Shown here: positions 60,381-64,000 of the stretch, in pieces
Layout of the letters: each line of letters opens with the position of its first letter
How positions within the stretch are numbered: position 1 is the stretch's first letter
Assembly (NCBI GenBank): GCA_963748015.1
Contig: CAVVHE010000004.1
Coordinates: 2,080,001-2,144,000 of the forward strand
Direction of reading: 5' to 3'
Length of the DNA stretch: 64,000 nt
DNA from: Terriglobia bacterium
GTDB taxonomy: Bacteria; Acidobacteriota; Polarisedimenticolia; Polarisedimenticolales; JAIQFR01
Notes under the pieces: generated by a model
Told to the model about the DNA's origin: nothing
The model's database searches: none
Seen by the model: only the letters and a program-made list of their open reading frames with translations
Made by a program: the position numbers and the translations under genes

Positions 60381-62480
60381 CTACCAGACGAAGAGGCCCA
60401 CCCAGCGTCGCAGACGCCAGAGCGCGTTCCCGGCCAGACTGCGGGGTCGCCCGAGGAACTGCGCGCGTCCCGTCATCCCCGGGCGGAGCCGCTCTCCCGA
60501 GTTGTCCACCTCCACGAGGACCCGGAGGAGGTTGACCCGTCGCACCAGGTCCTTGTAGGGGACTTCCGTCTCGGCGGGAGTGCGAGCGATCGCGTTGATC
60601 GAGCGCACACGCGTGGACAACGGCCGGGCCGGGTAGGCGGCGGCCAGGATCCGCGCCGTCGTGCCGGGCTCGATCTCCTCCGTGTCGCTCTCGAGCGCCG
60701 ACACGTCCAGGCGTACGCTGCGGAGGTCGTCCACCTCGCAGAACGGCTCTCCCTCCGCGAGAAAGCGCCCGGGCTTCTGCTCCATGTCGCGGGTCGAGAC
60801 CACCCCGGACCGGGACGCGACGAGAACCATGCGGGCGAGCTTCTCGTCGAGACCACGAAGGCGCTCCCCGGCCTCCCGCGCCTGCGCGTCCCGCCCGCGA
60901 GACACCGCGAGGTCCCCGCGCTCGCGAGCGTCGATCAGCTCGCGTCGGGCGCTCGCGAGGTCCGAGAGCGCGACGGCGCGCGCCGCCTCGAGCTCCGGGC
61001 TCTCGAGCACCGCCAGCTTGTCTCCGAGCCGAACCGACGCCCCCTCGACCACCGCGACGCTGCGGACGAACCCGTCGGCCGGCGCGCGGATCACCGCTCG
61101 ATTCCCCGGCTCGACGATGAACTCGGCGTCGAGGCGCGTCGGAAAGCGCGGGATCGTCAGGAGCGCGACCAGCGCCCCCAGCAAGCCGAGCGCCACGAGC
61201 CGCCGCCTCCGGGGGCGAAGGACGTCCCTCTTGTCGATCCAGAGGTGCTTCACGAAATGCGCCGCGGACCCTATCTTCCGCCGGGTCAAGTACGCCGTCA
61301 GACCCAGGAGCGCCGGCAGCCCGATGGGGCCCATCCAGTCGACGAAGCGATCGCGGAAGAAGAAGAAGACGAGCGCGAGGAACACGGTCGTGTAGGCCAC
61401 CGACAGGAGTCCGTAGGTCACGAACAGCCGCCTCCGCCTCCGGGAGAGGGGCTTCTGGGCCACCTCCAGGTGGAAGAGGCGCTTCTTGGCGAGGTTTCGC
61501 AGGTACGCGAAGCTCTCCTCCCGCAAGTCGGGCACGTCGAGCAGGTCCATGAGGACGTAGTACCCGTCGAGCTTGATCAGCGGGTTGATGTTGAGCCAGA
61601 TCGCCATCAAGCCCGTGAAGAAGACGAGGGCCAGGGCCGCCTCGTGGATCCACCATTCCGCCGGAGTCGTGAGCCACACCGTGGCCGCAACCGAGCACAC
61701 GATCATCTCGAAGTACGCCCCGCCGAGGCTCACGTACACGCGGTGCGATACCTTGGGGAAGAGATAGGCGTCGTCGACGTCGCAGTAGAACGCGGGCTGC
61801 AAGTAGAAGAGCATGAACCCGATATCGTGGACCTCGCCTCCGAACCTCTTCAGGGTGAGGGCATGGCCCATCTCGTGCCACAGGCTCACCACGGCGAGGA
61901 GAGTGACGAGCGTCAGGAAATGCCCGGGTCCCTTCCCGGTGGGGGTGAGGAGGTCGACGAATCCGGCCCAGTAGAGCGGCCAGTGGTAGATCAGGAACCC
62001 GAAAAGCACCACGAACGCGACCAGGCACGCGCCGACGAACCACCGGGACCACACCCAGCGGATCCACGGCATCACGCGGTTCATGAGGGCATCGGGGTCG
62101 AAGAGCGGAAAGTGAATCTCGAGGAGCCTCGACGCCTCCGCATCGTAGAAACGCTTCTTGCGAAGGCTCTTCAGCTTCCCCATCATCAACAGATGGCGCT
62201 CCTGCACGGTGCGCTCGACGAGGTCCAGGCTCCGCAGCTGCTCCTCGTAGTCCAGGAGCCACTGCTCGTCGATCGGGAGCGCGGGGTGTTTCGCGTTGAA
62301 CTCCGCGACGATCCGGTCGCGGTCGCGGGTTCCGTCGAGAAGCTCCAGGAGGTCGCTTTCCCACATCTCGAACTTGTAGTACTTCTGCGCGTCCGGCTCC
62401 TTGACCATGCAGTAGGATTCATCCCGGCTGGTCAGCCTCCGGACGATCACCCCTTTCTTGATCGACGGCCGCCGAGTCAC
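60381..62480 (-). CDS. M50 (site-2-protease-like) intramembrane zinc peptidase fused to a C-terminal HlyD/MFP domain, with an N-terminal PqqD/RRE-like region
   Basis: HEMGH, NINPLIKLDGY, many TMs; VIRAPADG..VVEGASVRLGD..LRPGMTG; N-terminal strands plus LLELLDG helices; GTGA-coupled start. Confidence 0.85.
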   Translation of the reverse strand: MTRRPSIKKGVIVRRLTSRDESYCMVKEPDAQKYYKFEMWESDLLELLDGTRDRDRIVAEFNAKHPALPIDEQWLLDYEEQLRSLDLVERTVQERHLLMMGKLKSLRKKRFYDAEASRLLEIHFPLFDPDALMNRVMPWIRWVWSRWFVGACLVAFVVLFGFLIYHWPLYWAGFVDLLTPTGKGPGHFLTLVTLLAVVSLWHEMGHALTLKRFGGEVHDIGFMLFYLQPAFYCDVDDAYLFPKVSHRVYVSLGGAYFEMIVCSVAATVWLTTPAEWWIHEAALALVFFTGLMAIWLNINPLIKLDGYYVLMDLLDVPDLREESFAYLRNLAKKRLFHLEVAQKPLSRRRRRLFVTYGLLSVAYTTVFLALVFFFFRDRFVDWMGPIGLPALLGLTAYLTRRKIGSAAHFVKHLWIDKRDVLRPRRRRLVALGLLGALVALLTIPRFPTRLDAEFIVEPGNRAVIRAPADGFVRSVAVVEGASVRLGDKLAVLESPELEAARAVALSDLASARRELIDARERGDLAVSRGRDAQAREAGERLRGLDEKLARMVLVASRSGVVSTRDMEQKPGRFLAEGEPFCEVDDLRSVRLDVSALESDTEEIEPGTTARILAAAYPARPLSTRVRSINAIARTPAETEVPYKDLVRRVNLLRVLVEVDNSGERLRPGMTGRAQFLGRPRSLAGNALWRLRRWVGLFVW

Positions 62481-64000
62481 GGCAGCCAACCCCAGAGCCA
62501 GGTCCAGATCCATCGTGCCGGCCGCCTGAGGACCACGCGCGCGAGGGGGGTGCTTCCCACCGAGACCTTCGCTCGCCCGGTCATCCCCGTCGCGAGCGGG
62601 GGCGACTCCGGGCCGATCCGAACCCGCGAGAGGACGACCCGGTCGTTGTCGACCGGCGTCGCCGCGACCCCCACGCGATCGATCGTTCCGCGGAACGACG
62701 AGGTCGGGAAGGCATTGAGCTTGATCTTGACCGCCATGCCGGCCCGCACGAGTCCCGCGTCCTGCTCGGGTACCGCGACCTCCACCGACTGGCTGGCGGG
62801 ATCCACGACCTCGCAGAAGATCTCCCCTCGCGAGAGCCTCGAGCCCACCTTCTCATCGACCCGGGGCGTGGCGACGACCCCGGACGTCGCCGCACGGATG
62901 ACCGTTCGGGCGACGCGGGTTTCCCACAACGCCATTTCCGCCCGCAGTCCTTGGAGCCGCGCGGCCTCCACCGCGGCGCCGCCGACCTCCCCTGCCGCCC
63001 GCTTGAGGCTCTGTTCGCGCATGGCGGACTCGTAGCGGGACCTTGCCGCTTCGAGACCGCCGCGATAGTCGGTATCGTCCATCTCGGCGACGACCTGGCC
63101 TGCCTCGACGCGGTCTCCCTCGCGAACGAGCACCCTCGTGACCCGCCCGTCCACCTCGGCCGTGGAGGATAGCCGGCGGATCGGCAGCACCCTGACGTCT
63201 CCCCCGACCCGAAGCGGCGCCGGGATGAGCATCGCCGCGACGAAGAGCAGCGCGCCCCCCGCGTAGGCGACTTTCCGCGCCCACGGCGCCCGCGCGATCC
63301 TCTCCCCCCGCTGGGCCAGCGGCTTCATGACGTGCAGCATCGGAATCTGCTTGTAAAGCGTCGCGTTCCGGATGGCGACGGTCGCCTGCACGCCGAGCAG
63401 GGTCGCCGCCTCGATGTCGCGCTCGCTGAAGGCGTAGGGCTCGGCGGCCTCCAGGGCGAAGACTCCCAGCCGCCCCTCGTCGTCGCTCATCGGGATCGCC
63501 AGGAAGCTCCGGACCGCGGTCGCCTGGAAATAGGCTCGGAATTTCTCGCGGGTCTCCGCGCGCTCCGTGTCGATGGATCCGTCGTCGCCTTGCACGACGT
63601 AGAACCCCTCGTTGAGCTCGGCGGCCCAGGCGAGAACCTCGATCAGGGCCCGGTTCTTCGGCAGCGTCGGGTCGACCAAGGTCTGGCCGCTCACGGCGGC
63701 CAGCTCGAGGCGGGATCCCTTGAGGAGTCCCACGGCGGCGGTTTGGTAGCCGATCACGGCGGCCGCCTTGTGAACGAGCGTGAAGGTGACCTTCTGCGGA
63801 TCCAGGCTCGCGCCGAGCTCCCTCGTCGTCTCGAGTAGCGAGTGCAGGTCGCTCGCGCGCCGCTCCGCCATCAGGTTCCGCGCGTTGGCGATCGCGACAC
63901 CCGCAACCTCGGCGATCTCGGCCAGCATCGGCAGTTGATTCGCATCGAGCAGGTCGCCGTCGAGTTGGTTCACCGCCTCGACGACCCCGAAGAGCTCCCC
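62477..64000 (-). CDS. GAF-domain-HlyD/MFP fusion protein; 5' end beyond the window
   Basis: End of one GAF (GVVEAVN..AGVAIANAR), a full GAF (RSFLAIPM..LGVFALE..QATVAIRNATLY), TM, VLVREGDRVEAGQ, LATGMTG. Confidence 0.85.
   Translation of the reverse strand, partial: GELFGVVEAVNQLDGDLLDANQLPMLAEIAEVAGVAIANARNLMAERRASDLHSLLETTRELGASLDPQKVTFTLVHKAAAVIGYQTAAVGLLKGSRLELAAVSGQTLVDPTLPKNRALIEVLAWAAELNEGFYVVQGDDGSIDTERAETREKFRAYFQATAVRSFLAIPMSDDEGRLGVFALEAAEPYAFSERDIEAATLLGVQATVAIRNATLYKQIPMLHVMKPLAQRGERIARAPWARKVAYAGGALLFVAAMLIPAPLRVGGDVRVLPIRRLSSTAEVDGRVTRVLVREGDRVEAGQVVAEMDDTDYRGGLEAARSRYESAMREQSLKRAAGEVGGAAVEAARLQGLRAEMALWETRVARTVIRAATSGVVATPRVDEKVGSRLSRGEIFCEVVDPASQSVEVAVPEQDAGLVRAGMAVKIKLNAFPTSSFRGTIDRVGVAATPVDNDRVVLSRVRIGPESPPLATGMTGRAKVSVGSTPLARVVLRRPARWIWTWLWGWLP

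Noticed and set aside
59797..62364. Minus-strand 855-aa ORF with (F/L)AGETR repeats, and other frames over the repeat
   Set aside because: These are shadows of the real genes. The variable bases are synonymous in the AKRVSP frame, which also holds the RBS and promoter.

Overview
GC-rich bacterial chromosome segment. The gene content resembles Acidobacteriota or Myxococcota, but this is only an inference. Most of it is housekeeping: the alternative complex III start (actABC, frameshifted), an ArnA-like decarboxylase, metH, aconitase, glgB, an ABC-2 exporter and others. Accessory elements include two large secreted beta-propeller repeat proteins, and a small mobile patch carrying HicAB, a DDE transposase, a decayed tRNA-Asn 3' half and VapBC. 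There is also a selenocysteine-encoding selD (in-frame UGA plus SECIS-like hairpin), an archaeal-type HMG-CoA synthase/thiolase/DUF35 operon between two SOD paralogs, and a kinase-NTPase-TPR-GAF-sigma54 activator gene. The most striking locus is at 56.4-64 kb. A 129-aa gene with a 45-aa leader and 13 tandem AKR(V/I)SP repeats lies behind a complete sigma54 promoter (tandem UAS, IHF site, -24/-12). It is flanked by its probable sensor-less kinase/sigma54 regulator pair, an M50-peptidase-HlyD fusion, a GAF-HlyD fusion and a third membrane-fusion protein. This is a candidate undescribed repeat-peptide processing and export system. The patches at 1-4.2 kb and 43.0-44.15 kb carry dense frameshifts that are probably sequencing errors.
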